The notes under the pieces were generated by a model that was given only the letters and a program-made list of their open reading frames with translations, was not told the origin of the DNA and did no database searches. The translations under genes and the position numbers were made by a program. This document shows positions 1 through 14,100 of a stretch of 64,000 nt of DNA, piece by piece (the first letter of the stretch is position 1; each line of letters begins with the position of its first letter). The DNA is from Utricularia gibba (taxonomy: Eukaryota > Plantae > Magnoliophyta): assembly GCA_002189035.1 (NCBI GenBank), contig NEEC01000010.1, positions 3,348,001-3,412,000 of the forward strand, written 5' to 3'.

Positions 1-51
1 ATGGACTGATCTTAAGATGGGAAAACTCGATGCACAGCTCAAAACTCTCAC

Positions 52-792
52 CCATGGTCGACAAGCACAACATCAGTCTTATGAAACCGCCACTCGATTG
101 TCCAAGATATGGTCTTCTTCCTAACATTGCATACATGTAAGCTTCCATGGAAAGTATGATCATATTCTGAAAGCAACAATGCAGCAGGGCGCAGAAGTAT
201 ATCAAAAGGAAACCGAAACAACTCAATTTTTTTTTTTACTTGTAGTTGTAGTATGTCCGATTCGCCTCCCGCTTCGACATCCCTTTTGAAAAGAGCATGA
301 GCCTTGTCCTACGCTTGAAGGCAGCGTTACGAAGATTTCTGAGAGGTGGAGGAAGTGGAGTCCGGAAAACAGAATACCCACAGACCTCAGTTCTTATCCT
401 TTTGACAGAGTCGGCAAATCTCTTAACATCCTCAAGCATGTTGTAGTCTGCCAAGATTCAATATTCCCAACAAAAAAAAAAAAAATATCAACACCAACCA
501 TCGGGGTGATTGAAGCACCCAAGCGTTTGAAAGGCAGAATCACGAAACACAATCAAGGATTATGACCTGAAAGAAGGGTATTATCATCAAATTGAGAGAT
601 AGGGACGAACTCAGCGACCGGCCTTTTGCCGGTGCAGGAGGTCCGCTTCTTGTGGGAAGTCACGCAAGGTAAGCTACATGTGCGCAGAGAACAGCAGGGG
701 CATTTGTACTTCGACGGATTAATCTGACATTCTTCGCATAACGAAGGTTCCTTGACATTGTTTGAACCCGGAAAACCACTATCCACCTCCAT
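52..792 (-). CDS. zf-HIT protein, box C/D snoRNA assembly factor BCD1/ZNHIT6-like (5' part; continues beyond window start)
   Basis: Exons 792-567, 447-240, 120-52 with GT-AG junctions. HIT finger CEECQINPSKYKCPCCSLRTCSLPCVTSHKKRTSCTGKR, followed by FDDNTLLS-DYNMLE and KKTISWTIEWRFHKTDVVLVDHG, typical of plant BCD1 homologues. Confidence 0.85.
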
Positions 793-904
793 AGGAACTC
801 AAAGAGAAGCTTTTGGCGGCTTCAGGGGCTTGATCCCAGGGTTGTCGAGGCTCCGGTGACAATGCGTAGACGACACGAAGGAATGGATCAAGTTAAGCCC
901 AAAG

Positions 905-990
905 GCTGCCCAAAGCCCACGGGTAACAAAAATGGGCCGAAAATGTCAAGACACGGCCCAAAACCGCCAATACTCAGGTTTGGGCTGACA
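905..990. promoter_or_regulatory. Site II (TGGGCY, TCP-type) cluster in the shared promoter of the head-to-head zf-HIT and RING genes
   Basis: AGCCCA 914-919, TGGGCC 933-938, GGCCCA 955-960 and TGGGCT 981-986 lie between divergent ATGs at 792 and 1403. Confidence 0.55.
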
Positions 991-1402
991 TCGACCCGTG
1001 GTTGTTTGTGCTGTTTATTATTTGAAAATGTTCGAAAACTTGATTTTGGAATTTGGTAGTCATGAGGCAAAGGAAAGCAATTCCATGTCACTTTTTGAGA
1101 GATCCGCAGAGCTCCGTTTGCCTCTGGCTGCTGCCGTCTAACAAGAGCTAATCTTGAAAGATGAATCGCGAATCTACTATCTGATCTTCACTTCTAAAGA
1201 ACGGGGTAGTTGATGAAACGATGGATGGTTTCTTTTCTATAGGAAGGAGGAAGATGGATGCCCTAATTCGTTTTTTCATGGCCCAGTTTGGCTCTCTTTA
1301 CTGAATTCCGGTACCGCCGTGTGGTTCTTTGTTTCAGTTATATTCAACTGTTGATCGAAGTGGGTTTTATTGTGCTGTGTACGTCTTCTAGCTTTGCGAC
1401 TG

Positions 1403-2601
1403 ATGGATGATGGGGATTTGATAGAAGTCGACTTAACGGATCTTGATTTGAACCAAGAACCATATGGGTCTGCGTTGGAAGCTTCGCAAAGCGTTGAGGA
1501 AAGGAGGGTTCTTCAGTTAGGGCCTGTAACGGGTATTAGACCGCGCCAAAGATGGCGCCAATCGAGGAATTTCACAGAAACTAGTTATTCTCATACTGAA
1601 ATGATGATGGTGGATGGGGTGATTCTCCTGAGGACAATACCAATGCTGGCATTTTCGAAAGAGGTTCTGACAGGGGGAAAGGTTGTAAAAGAGATAGCTC
1701 CCATTTAGTCACGCAGGCTTTGGCATTGGATGCCGAAATTAAGTCTGGGGAGGAGGACGGTAGTTTTTACGACTGCAATATATGCTTGGACCTAGCGAGG
1801 GAACCTGTATTGACTTCATGTGGTCACTTGTTTTGTTGGCCATGTTTTTATCAAGTTTCGAAGGTTGATTCAACAGTTAAACAATGCCCTGTTTGCAAGG
1901 GAGAGGTATCTGATAGCTCTGTAATCCCCATCTATGGAAATGGGGACAATCAATACCTTTCTGGGGAAAAGCTTGGTTTCACTATACCTCCAAGGCCCAA
2001 AGCGCGTAGAGTAGAATGCAGTAGGCCACAGCATGTAATGCAAGGGCTTTCCTATGTCCCGGTTTCAGAAGCCATTAGACAGATAATTAGAATCGGTGCT
2101 CTTAGGCAGGAGCAAGAGGTGGGCAGTGGTGTAGCAAGTCCTGGAGTCAATTATCAGGCAGGCCACAATACAGATTCAACTGCTGGACGAGGTGGGAGAA
2201 TGCATCAGGTTTCAAGAGTATTATCAGATAGTGCTGCCTCTCTTTCTTCCCTTTCATCAGCTTTGAACAGCGCAGAGAGGCTGGTTGAAGACCTGGAAAC
2301 GGCTTTTTCCAGCCGCAGGTTACGACTTCATTCACAGGCGATGATTTTCAATACTGCGACGTCATCCAATAGGCTTTCTTTTTCCAGACGGACTGCTGAT
2401 AGGAATTCCATATTGAACAACAGCATTTCTTCTCAATCAACTGACATCTCTGGATCCATTTTAAGTGGAATGAATCCAAGAAGTAGCAGGGATGCCAGTC
2501 AGACTATTTCCCCTACCGCCCATAGAAGGCTCGCAATGACAAGAATGCTTGATAGAGGCACCCAAGACACTCGTGAATCGAGAAGAAGACGATTAAACTG
2601 A
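1403..2601 (+). CDS. C3HC4 RING E3 ligase (RNF5/RMA-related RING, no C-terminal TM anchor), with a 1-nt frameshift near 1600
   Basis: ATG 1403 frame gives MDDGDLIEVDLTDLDLNQEP...RPRQRWRQ. A second frame is open 1600-2601 with KGCKRDSSHLVTQALALD, RING CNICLDLAREPVLTSCGHLFCWPCF...CPVCKG and C-terminal SRRRRLN. One extra A at 1599-1601 joins them. Confidence 0.8.
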
Positions 2602-3238
2602 ACGTTTACTGACTGACTGTTTACTGGATTACTGATGTTTGTACTTGCCAACCACCCTTCGATTTCCTGATGTTTTGATGATCATTATCCGACCCATTAC
2701 GTTGTTCCTGCCCTGATTGATGTTGCTTTTCGACATGTGTTTGCATATAACTCTTGATTGTATTGATTTGACCCCGCAACCTTGAGGAATGAGGACTGCA
2801 TTCGTCTTCTAACAAATACAGCTACGTCCCTTTTTTCTATCCTATTGAATATAAGTGTACCATATCGTGTTTATCTGCCATTTCCATCGGAATTGTCCAT
2901 CGTATTTGGCTTCTATCAGGGAACGGAACTGGTTTTGGGTTTATATGAATTGTGGAATGCTTTGAAGAGACTGGGGAATTTGATTATCAATTTGTTCAGC
3001 GATCTGTGCAATCAAGATTGGATATTTTTGGTGATCTGCTAACTTAATGGCATATAAAAAATTTGATACTTAATGAAGACTGGAGATTCGCAATCTTAAT
3101 GCCGTGGAGATTTACTGGAAGTTGACTTTCTTCGAATATTACACGTACATATCCACTCATGCAAGTGCACCAATAATCTGTGTGTCTGATGAAGTGGAGG
3201 TAGCACCACTGCCTGGAAAAACAGGAGAACTGGAAAAA

Positions 3239-5054
3239 ATGTCTCCTTTCGGTGTCCCACTCTCTGTATTCATCTTTTTCCTTACGGTGTGGTCGATTTT
3301 CGATGTGGGATTCGCTTTTCCGGTCAATGTCTGGCCGTATCCCACTTTCGTTGACTGGCCTCATCCGCAGGCGATTCGCCTCTCTACCGGTTTCACCATC
3401 TCCAGCTCCGGCCATCGGTACCTTGACTCAGCAGTCCGACGATACCATAAGCAAATACTCCTTGACAAGTACAGCCCATTTATCCCCCCACCCCTGAATC
3501 TCACTTCATCTCCAGCTCTCAAACACCTCACAATCACTATCTCCGACGCCGATGCTCCTCTGGCACACGGCGTCGATGAGTCTTACCATCTTTCAGTGCC
3601 TTGCAACGGAGAAGCGGCAGCTCTCGCCGCCGTCACCGCGTGGGGCGCAATGCGCGGTCTTGAAACTTTCTCGCAATTGGCTTACTCGACGAAGCCGAAA
3701 AGAGTGGCGTGCGGGGTTAACATTTCCGACGCGCCGCTTTTTGGGCACCGCGGGATTCTTCTGGACACGTCGCGGAACTTTTACGAATTGGAGGATCTAT
3801 TGAGACTCGTCGATGCTATGAGTATGAATAAGCTAAACGTGTTCCATTGGCACATTTCGGATTCCCAATCCTTCCCTCTCGTGGTTCCTTCAGCCGAGGA
3901 GCTCTCCGCAAAGGGGGCGTACTCGCCCCAGATGATATACTCGCCGGAGGATGTAGCAGAACTGATCGAGTATGCAACGGAACGCGGTGTCAGAGTGGTG
4001 CCGGAAATCGATATGCCTGGTACTAAAAAAGCTTGACTCTTTCCACTTACAGGACTCTGTGCTTCTGCTAACTGTGATAGTCATTCCTCTTTTCTCTTTT
4101 ACAGCACATTCATTATCATGGGCAAAAGCTTACCCAGAAATCGTAACTTGCGCTAATGATTTCTGGTGGCCTGCTGGAGTTGACTGGTCTGACAGGTTTG
4201 CATCGGAGCCAGGAGCAGGACAGTTGAATCCTCTGATTCCTGAAACTTACCAAGTTGTGGAAAATGTGCTTCGTGGTGTGGTTTCTATGTTTCCAGATGA
4301 ATTCTATCATGCTGGAGGTGATGAGGTGGTTCCAAACTGCTGGAAAACGGACCCTGCAATACAAACTTTCCTCACCAAGAGCAAAAACTCAACTCTCAGC
4401 CAGCTCCTTGAACTGTTTGTCAACTCCACCTTGCCTACGATCTTGTCACTTAACCGAAGCATTGTCTACTGGGAGGACATTATTCTAGATGATGAGATTA
4501 GAGTGAACCCATCTTTCCTTCCCAGAGAGAATGTGGTTCTCCAAACTTGGAACAACGGACCATCGAACACGAAACGGATTGTGGGTTTGGGTTACAGGAC
4601 AATTGTTTCATCCTCTGAGTACTATTATCTGGATTGTGGGCATGGCGGATGGGTAGGAAATGATAGCCAATATGATCGGCCATCAGAAGGAACAGCGGGT
4701 GGATCTTGGTGTGCACCTTTCAAGACATGGCAGACAATTTATGACTACGACATTCGACAGGGACTCAGTGTGGCTGAGGCAAAGCTAGTCCTTGGTGGGG
4801 AGGTGGCATTGTGGTCTGAACAAGCTGATCCAACTGTAATGGATTCTCGGATATGGCCCCGTGCTGCAGCTTTGGCGGAGGCGTTGTGGTCAGGTAACAG
4901 AGACAAACAGGGGAGGAAGAGGTACGCTGAGGCCACAGATCGTCTGAACCAGTGGCGATACAGAATGGTGAAGCGGGGTATTGCCGCTGAACCTATTCAA
5001 CCTCTCTGGTGTATCACGAATCCAGGGATGTGCAATCTCGTGAATTCTGAATAA
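3239..5054 (+). CDS. HEXO2: Beta-N-acetylhexosaminidase (GH20), HEXO2-like, with signal peptide
   Basis: Exons 3239-4019 and 4105-5054. Motifs [53 protein letters not shown] and WPRAAALAE; hydrophobic N-terminus. Confidence 0.93.
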
Positions 5055-5161
5055 GAAAAACACTGCTAATGATTAACACAAATAAGTCAAGTTTCAGGTG
5101 ACTGACAGTACGTTGAAATGACTACAGACATCAAGTTTACTTTGGATACACTGCAAGTAAG

Positions 5162-8100
5162 CTAGTGTTTCCTTTCCCATTTCCCCTCCCTTCTGCTTTC
5201 CCTCTCTCGCCTTTCGATGATCTGCCGCGGTTTTCCACTTCGGGATCCTTGTCTAGGAGGCTGGCCTTCGAGGGAAACGGTATCCGGATCTCCAAGACTG
5301 GCCGTCTCAAGTGAATCCTTGCCACCTTCAAAAGTCTCCTCGTAGCTGCCACCCCCTTCATCTGACCTTTCGCGTGCTTGCAGGATGGTTGGCACTTGGC
5401 CGGAGAATGGCCTGTTCACCCCAGGTCTCAATGCAACTTCGCTGCCGTCTCTACTGCTTTCCCTCTCCCGGAACTTGTCTCTGGCTCTGTTTTGGCACGA
5501 GGAAACCAGGCGTTGCTATACCACAGCCTCTTTTTATTGCCATAAACAAAAGAAAGTGTTCATCTTACCTGGTCTGGCTAAAATCGCGTCTCGAAGAACG
5601 AATCCCAGATTCCAGTTGCTCCAGTTCACGTTGGATATCTCTCTGCACAACAAAAGCACCACTAACATCCAACCATGCTCGTTTTATCCAGATACTGAAA
5701 CGAAGCCTTGCCTGTGCTTGTTTTTCTTTCTCCATATCAAGACTATGCTGCAACTCTCTTGTCTTGGCTCGCTCACTCACGAGCTGCTCTCGTCTCTCCA
5801 GCTCCTTCTCAACTTCATTAGCCTTCTCTCTACAGCGAAGCAACTCACAACTTGAAGCCAAGAGAATACAAACATCTAAAGGATTCCATCCACAAAAAGA
5901 CAAAAACTTGCCTATCGAGGTTCTGGAGGAGTTCAGCTTCCCGTACAGCTGCCTCCTCCAAGTATTTTTGGCGAGCAACTCTAAGAAGAAGCGCTTGCTG
6001 CCGGCGGGCTACTACTTCCTCCCGGATTTTAGCCTTTTCTCTGGCCGGAAGATCAGATATAACAAGTGATCATCAGCGTCTGCTACTCCTGGAGTATTAT
6101 CAGCTGTAGAGCATGAAAGAACTTACATGGACTTAATTTCATCTTTAATTTTCTGCAGACGATGATCCACCTTCTCTGAAGCTGTGGGCAACGGAAGTGA
6201 TGAGCAAGTTGCAGGTGAATGAATAATCTTAAAAATTCATATGGGAAAGGAGCATTACTCGAGAACGTTGGTATCTGGGACCATTCATGGAAGCTAGAAG
6301 ACAAATCCTGGGGGGACTCTCTTTCTGGACAAGTTCCATCTCTATTTCAGCTTCTTCAAGTTCCTGAAACATTCAGCAAACGACTACTCAGGCAAGTAGG
6401 TGATTCAGAAACTGCATTTGCACAAGGAAAACAGACCATAATCTTCTCATCAGCTTTGTTTGAGAAGAAATCGAAGTATGTCTTTGCTGATGTCAACTTG
6501 CCAACAACCTGCAACAAAATGAAAGCCTTGATGGACAAGACAACCACTGATAACAAAGATGATGCACCAAAACTGAAATTACATGAACCGTGACAGACTA
6601 ACCTGCAGAATTGAGTCTCGGGTAGCAACGAAATCGGGGTTCTGCAGGTTATTAGAACTTGAAGAAAGTACCTCCTTTAACAACTGCATCATATCCAACA
6701 CATTATAACAAGGTGATAAGAAGACTAAACAACAAGAGTCAAGGGTGCGAGATGTGGATGAAAGTTCAGAGTGTTAAACACTATGGAGACTAGAATGAGA
6801 AATTTTGTTCCGAAGAATACCAGTTTAGCCTCTTCTCCATTATTTCTGAGTCTAAGCAATGCATCACAAGCCTTTCTCTCGAAGGACGTGCAGCATCGAT
6901 CTGTGACAACAAGAAGATCAGATATATTGGATGTTGGAATCACATTACAAGTACTATGCCCCAACAAGATTTACCATTCTTTGATGCCCCAAAAGCCTCA
7001 ATGCTTGTCCAAACACTTTCAGGAATCAGGGAAATATCATCCGGAGAAGAATACAGACAAACACTCGCAATGAGGGCCAAGGAGAATTGTGTGAGTGGAC
7101 TATAACGAGTTGGCCCAGCAAGGGTTACCAAACTATGAAGAACACTGTCGGTTGATGCAAGAAACGACTGCAGTTTTGTTCTCTCAACAAAAGGAATGAA
7201 GCTAATAAGAAGAGCCATTGCATGGGTTCTGAGATGTAGTGACATGTCATTTGATGCCACCAATGCTACAAGGTCCCAGGTCGCAGAGACCAAAGATGAT
7301 AAAATTGGTTCAGAAGCCGCAACAACTGAGTCTGATAAAGCTATCAGAGGCGTAGCTGTTGAAGAAAGACACGATTTCCCATCATCACAACGTGGGACAA
7401 CGAGCTTCTTCAAGTTCTTGAGTGCAACATACCGTTGTTCAGGTTCTGGATGACCAAGCAGCACAGAGAATAGATCCACAAGAGCAACTTCATCGTGGCA
7501 AACATTGTGGATTCCTCTTTCCAATAATGAAGATAGCATCCCGTCAGTCTGTAATCTCCAACACATGTTTGGGGCACTATTGGAGAACTTCTTGATTGCC
7601 AGGCAAATGTCACCAATCACATTTTCCAAGCGAATACACTTCGGCACACGGAGAAAAGAGTGGAGTAACACAGAAGCAACCTGCCAACATTTTTTCTCCA
7701 GAATATACAAGATCATTTCAGAAAGCCCTTCAATGCTAACCCTCCATAAATCATGCGAATTATCCACAGAGCTACTTGGAGGGACGTCTGCTGAATCTTT
7801 CAAACCATTTTGCATGAACAAATACAAGCATCTGGAGTAGATGAAAGATTCAGCGCATGTCAGCAGCAGCATCTTGGACAACTTAGGATGCAGTTTCCAG
7901 CAAATTTCTAAAGATGGGCAGAGTTTCCAGCTGAGAGCTTCCAGGGGTTTGGAGAAACTCGAAGCATCTTCCAAATTCAATTGATGAACTTTTCCAAAGG
8001 CATCAGTAAACATATTACTGTTATTTTGATTCGCAGAGGTGTTGCTTGGTGAAACAATGTCGCATATATCACAAAGAAAACTGGAAGACAGCTCGGAAAA

Positions 8101-11100
8101 ATCCTCATTGGTGCACACGTCAGTGTCTGAGTGAGAAGAACCTCCGATTGGAACCACACCAACGGATCTTGATGTGCTAATCAACAAGCTTCTAAAATTT
8201 TCCAAGAGTACCTGGTATGCAAAAATGTAGTCTTGGAAAGAGCTTGTATCTCCAGCTGAGGTAAAATCAGCCCACAGCAGAGATGAATCAAGTAGCTCCA
8301 TTTTCTTTTCAAAGGACAAGTTATCTAGAAAGGAGGCCAAAACATAAATCATCAGAGACTTGACCTTTGCTTCTTTGTCAACTGGAGTAGCTGCAATCTC
8401 ATGAGAGATCTTGATATTGTTAAAAAGATCACTAAAGCACAAGGCTTCAAAATCAGCCAACAGCGTGTTTCCAAGCAATTCTTTGCTAGAGACCTTATTT
8501 GAGGAATATGTAACAATCGGCTTCAACAAGCACAAAACAGACTTGAGAAATGGTGCATCACAATAACCACACTTGCATAGGGATGCAAGTACTTGCACTG
8601 CTCTAGGTGCTTCAGGAACCATTGCCTCCATATGCTCCACAACAATCGACTCAATTACATAAAGGATCACAGCTTTTGCATTCTTTGAAACAAAACCCTT
8701 GTAGTGATTTGTATTTTGCTGAGATGGCCTACTTGGATTTTCACTTTGAATGAATGGCCATGCACACAAGTCAGACAGCCAAGACATCAGATCAGCCATG
8801 ACACTAGAAGAAAGCATTTTCAGCTGCAAACCAACTGCTTCCAAAATGGTTTCACTAAAACCTACGAAATCCTTACTCAAGTTAGGGAAAAATTTACAGA
8901 TATCAGGAAAGAAAACATGAAATGGTTGCATCCCATCGCCATGGTTAAAAGGTTTGCTTCCATCAACGACATTAAATGCCTGCCCAAAATTTAGATCTTC
9001 AATTGGTTCATCCATGCCTTTCTTCTTAGCAATGTTATCCACCAGAGCTAGGTCATCCCAGAATACAGATAAAAGACGTCTTAACTGGGTCAAATCTGAT
9101 ACAAGAAACAGGCGTTCTACCAGGAATTGATTTGAAATGCGTGAAATAGCCATCCAACCAAAGTACCTAACAAGCGGGAAAGCAGAAGAAGAGAACACCG
9201 GTACTTTCAGCACCCATGCAAGTGCAGGAACCAAGTTTAAAAATCGAAAACCATTTCCAGAACCTATAAAAAGGGTAGGTTTTTCCTCACTACCACTTGC
9301 AGCAATCACTAACTGGTGAAGAAGGATAAAGCACCTTTGCAACTCAAGCATCTTTAATTTTTTAAACAGTGAATCTTCTCTCTCAAGCACATAATTAGAC
9401 TTCAACTTGATGTTCAGTGATTTTGCAAAATTTAGTATCACATCAACCACAAGTTCGGAAGAGCAGAATAACTTCGTGGCAGAGTGCAACAGAAAGAGAA
9501 GTAACCACATCAATATCTCATTTATGGAGTGGTCTTCCTCATGAGAACCCTTCTGTAGACGGTGTATCAAGAAATCAAAAAGAAGTGCTTGATTTTGACG
9601 AGTCAGTGAAATTGCATCAGCAGAGAGAATGTCATCTTTGGTTAAAGGTAGAGAACCCCCGTTTTCTTCAGTATATAGATCAAAGTTCTCATCAAATGTC
9701 AGCTCTTCATGTTTCCTGTGTAACTCAGCTGCCTCAATCAAAATTTCTAGAACAACTCTGTCCCTGGTCCTTTCAAGATCAGCCACATGTTTCAAGCCAT
9801 CATCCTTTCCAAAATTCATCTTAATATAAGCAGGGTCACGGCTCAAATTGGAGAACTTGGGAAAAACCTTCTCCACAGAAGAAACGTCCTCCAGAGACAT
9901 CATGAAGCATGGATTAATGTAGCATTCTGCAGCCAAAAGAAGTGCATCTACTGCTACATCATGACTCTCCGGAATATCACCCTGTGACCTCACGTGCAGA
10001 GCTAAATGCCTAAACTCTGAGGCCTTTAGCTCACAATCTCTATACTTCATAATGTGATGGTAGTCAGCAAATAAATTACAGAAGCGGATACCAGGAAAGG
10101 TTTCTAAACACTCAGGAAACAGATCAGCATTATTTACAACCACATTGACTAGTGAAAGGCTCGGATTGAAGCTTTTTGATTCAATGATAGTAGGAGCATG
10201 TGTAAGACATTCCCCATTCAGGTGTGCAGGAGCAAAAAGAAGAATGGCGACCTCAGAGGGATCTATTTTGGCATTAGCATCTGTTACACCAGTCTTCACA
10301 TCAGAGATTTCTTGTTTATTCAGTGTGGAAGAGGTTAATTCATTTGGAAGCAAATCAGGACCTGATTTTTGCTCCCTGTGTCGGTTGCAGAAAACTTGCA
10401 GTTATCTATATCAGGAGGAAACTGCAATCGAGAGTCCAAAACAGAAAGCAGAACACTGCAATTAAAACAACATATGTTTCAGGTTCATCAAAAAATATGG
10501 AAGAAAAAGGAAAATGAAATCTTATGATTGTAAGGGTCTCTTTGCTTCTTAAACCAACAAAAAATCAGCATTCTTTTATTTCGTGCAAGGTATCTTCTTA
10601 AATTCATGATGGCAGTAGAACGAAAACTTCAGTGGATCAGATTCAAATGCATATCAATTCCAAGTGATGCAATCCATTTGCACTTCCACCTTTGAAACAC
10701 AGAAAATTTCATCTTCAAGTAGACAAATAAATTAAGGACTGAATTACAAACCTAGCTGCAACATCCTCCTACCTTGGAGCAATAGATCCATGCCTCCATG
10801 CAGCCTCCAGCGAAGGAAGCACCCCAGGCTTTCTTATCGCAGTACGGATTATGTTTAATGCTCTAGCACAATTTTTCTCCTGCTGTTCCGTATACAAACT
10901 AGTCACATTTCCAAAGGCTATTGTGCTCTTCACGGGTGTAAAAGCGGGATCAAGATAAGGTCCAAGCATCTCCAGCAAGAAAAGAATGCGATGTTTAGCA
11001 TCCTGAAATGCTCCATGAAAAGCTAATCAGCAACAAAAAGTTCATCAAGTTTGTCGTTTTTTTTGGTCTCTGCATAGAGAAGAGATCAAATACAAACTCG

Positions 11101-14100
11101 ATAAATTTGGAAGCAGCTCCAAACAATATATTCTCTAAATTTTCATAATCCAACCTTATATAGAGCCATGACATCATCCACATTTCCAGACAGTGCAAGA
11201 ACAATGTATTTGAGGGCAGCATATGCACGAGAAAATGAAGATTGCGCTGCCTGTCAAATAAATGACAACAATAAAACCTATTGAATTTTAAGATGGGCAA
11301 TTCATTTTATTTAAAAAAAAAATCAATCGAATCATATACTTCAAAAAGAAAAACTAAGAGATACCTGAACTATGGCAAAGAGATCCTCCAAGAGCTCCAT
11401 AGCTAAGTCAACCTGTACGCAAACAAAAATTGAGAGCAGTAGATCACTAAGCTTAAAAAGTGTACAACCATGCAATAAAACCTATAGAACCTTTGCAATC
11501 ACTTGAGCCATCCATGGTGATAACACACCAGAGCAAAGATCAATGAGAACACATGCTGCTTTTGCCTACAAAATTTGACCAAAAAAAAGAATACAATTTC
11601 ATCTTCTTTCCAAAATAATTCTTTTCTTCAAAATCATACAAGAAAAATGCAACAATTCTCATACAACTGCAGCAAACAATTCTTCATTTTAAAGCTTTGA
11701 TGGTTCAGAAACTGACATGTGACTGTGAGAATGATGCTAAATAGCCAGCACACGCATGAAGTAGTGGTCGACAAAACACCGAGGATGAAGTTGCCACAAC
11801 CTGCACTTAGCAACGTCCGAGTGTTGATCAATGTGAATTTGATATATAATCAGAGTAAACTACTATCAAACCTGAGACAGGGCTTTCTGTACAAATGGCT
11901 GCTTCCAAAGCGAGAAGTTATCATCAATGTGGTAGGAAATGCTGATATTCGGTTGAAGTGCTACCATGGCACACAAATACAATAGATGTTTCAAGTATAG
12001 AAACTGTGAAATACTGACTAGGCTTCAAGATTTATTTCAAAATGAAAAAGTGGAATAGAGGTTCAATATCATCAACTGAGGATAACCTAAAAAACCATGA
12101 TAGAGGTGCTCTGGGAATAAACAGATGGAACTCATTAAATGCCCCTGCTAAGTATTTATCCTAAAGAACGTTTCTAAACAACTTGAGCACAAAATGACCA
12201 AGCGATAAACAAAAGGAAATTAGCAAGTCATTCATTTTGAGGTTACTGATAGTCTTGGAACAAATAGAAATTAAATATAGAGCTGAAAATTGGCAATACT
12301 ATTAACAGGCATGAAGAACCCTCCATTCAATAGGAAACAGTTTGTCATTCAAAAGTTGTAATAAAAACAATACCAGGAAGAAGAGCTTGAATTAATGGTA
12401 ATGCCAGCCAGAAATGCGACGAGTTCTCAGCCAGCTTCCTACATTGCACAGGCTGACATCACGAAGTTGAGAAGATTCACTCGTGAAAAATGAAAAGAGG
12501 GAAAAATAACAATAGAAAAAAAAATGGAAGGCCAATTTCCAGCGAATGCCTAAAACAACCTGGGAAGCACAACCATAAAGGACATGCAGAATTCCTTCTT
12601 CAACAAGAGCAGAATCTAAGACGTTTAAATATGTGGAATCCCAGAAATCATCAGACACTTGAAATTCGTCTCCAAACAGGCTAGAGTAATCAGGTATGGA
12701 AATTGGATCATCAGAAACAGAAGGTGACATGCTAGAAGCCACAGCAGATACTTCTTTCACTGTCATGGGTTCCACAAGCTTCAACAGGATTCTCGAGGCC
12801 TATTCCAAGAAGAAACAAGACCATTATGTTTTTTAAATTGGTTTATAATACCATCCAAAATATGAGAAAATATTGCAGTGAACAAGTACACGTAGCAACA
12901 CATACCATCCTGCAAACTTTTCCCAGATGCGGATCTTTAAAAGCCTTTCTCAGCAATGACAACACCGTGTCAGCATGAAATACTACGGGTAGAAGTGCAG
13001 AACCTGATGGCACATGCCGAGATCTCCTTGGCTAGCAAGGGAAAGAAAAAAAAATGATCAAAGATGCCTCAAGTGTATGGTGATTGCACAAAGCAGGCAA
13101 TTCTGAAATGCAAAACATTTTCCCTTCTCTAGTTCCATAATTTGAAATCCTCCAAAAATTATTCAGGAACAAGAATCTTATGCATATGAAAATAAATTTT
13201 TAGGAAGCAATACATCTGTGAATTGTGCCACCAAAATGAAAGAAGAGGGAAAAAAACTTTACAGATGGAGTAAATAGAGAAATCAACTATCCAGATTCAA
13301 TCATAAAAACGTAAATAGGACAAATAATGAACCTCGAAATTTGAGGACACCATCAAAGTTGTTGAGGATGGAATGCTCTTGGAAGCATCATTTTCAGAAA
13401 CACTGAGCGCCAATCGAGCTGTTTCTCTGCCATTCATAGATAATGTTTGCATCCAGACCACTTCATACAATGTATTCGAGATGGCTTCTTCTCATAGTAA
13501 TAGATATATTATGTCATGTACCAAATCTAACCTTTCACTAGTCATGTGAAGAATGGGAAAACAGGGACCCGCAAGCATAGCCAGGAAGTGTAATGTAGGT
13601 TCCACAGCTTCTGAGGAGCAATTAAGTTCAGCCTGATGATCAAAGGATATATGTGGAAAAATTAATTATAGCATAAAACATGCTGTCTCGTCCTGATCTG
13701 AAGAAATTCATGTCCATGCCTCAAGCTGAGGGACAAATCTGCCCAACCGGCTTGTCAAATCTTGAAGCAACTGATATCAAGAAGCAAACAGAAAACTTTC
13801 AACACCTTGAAAAATCATGTTCTCTGTCCTACAGATGTAAAACGAAGATCACCTGAAGATACAAATCAGAAGCATCTTGTTTGCTCGATGATATGTGGGG
13901 TATCAAGTGGTTGGCAATGCTTTGAAACTCAGGTTCCAAGCACGGGACTGCAATACCCATTAACTGCAACATCCCAAATTAAAAAATGTGGGTAACTATA
14001 TCCGGAAGGTGAGTTTGAAGAAGGGCTGATGCAGCTTCACTATGTTTCAATTAGGAAATGCCATCAAGGAAAACAACAGATTAAAAAAAACTGGGAGTAG

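Noticed and set aside
3104-3238. N-terminal extension of HEXO2 from GTG 3104, as shown in the ORF track
   Set aside because: It is a non-ATG start; ATG 3239 directly precedes a normal signal peptide.
5311-6069. 252-aa plus-strand ORF and similar long ORFs (6219-6593, 40614-41180, 22703-23194, 60776-61369)
   Set aside because: These are antisense shadows of real coding exons or low-complexity leaders, with no motifs of their own.
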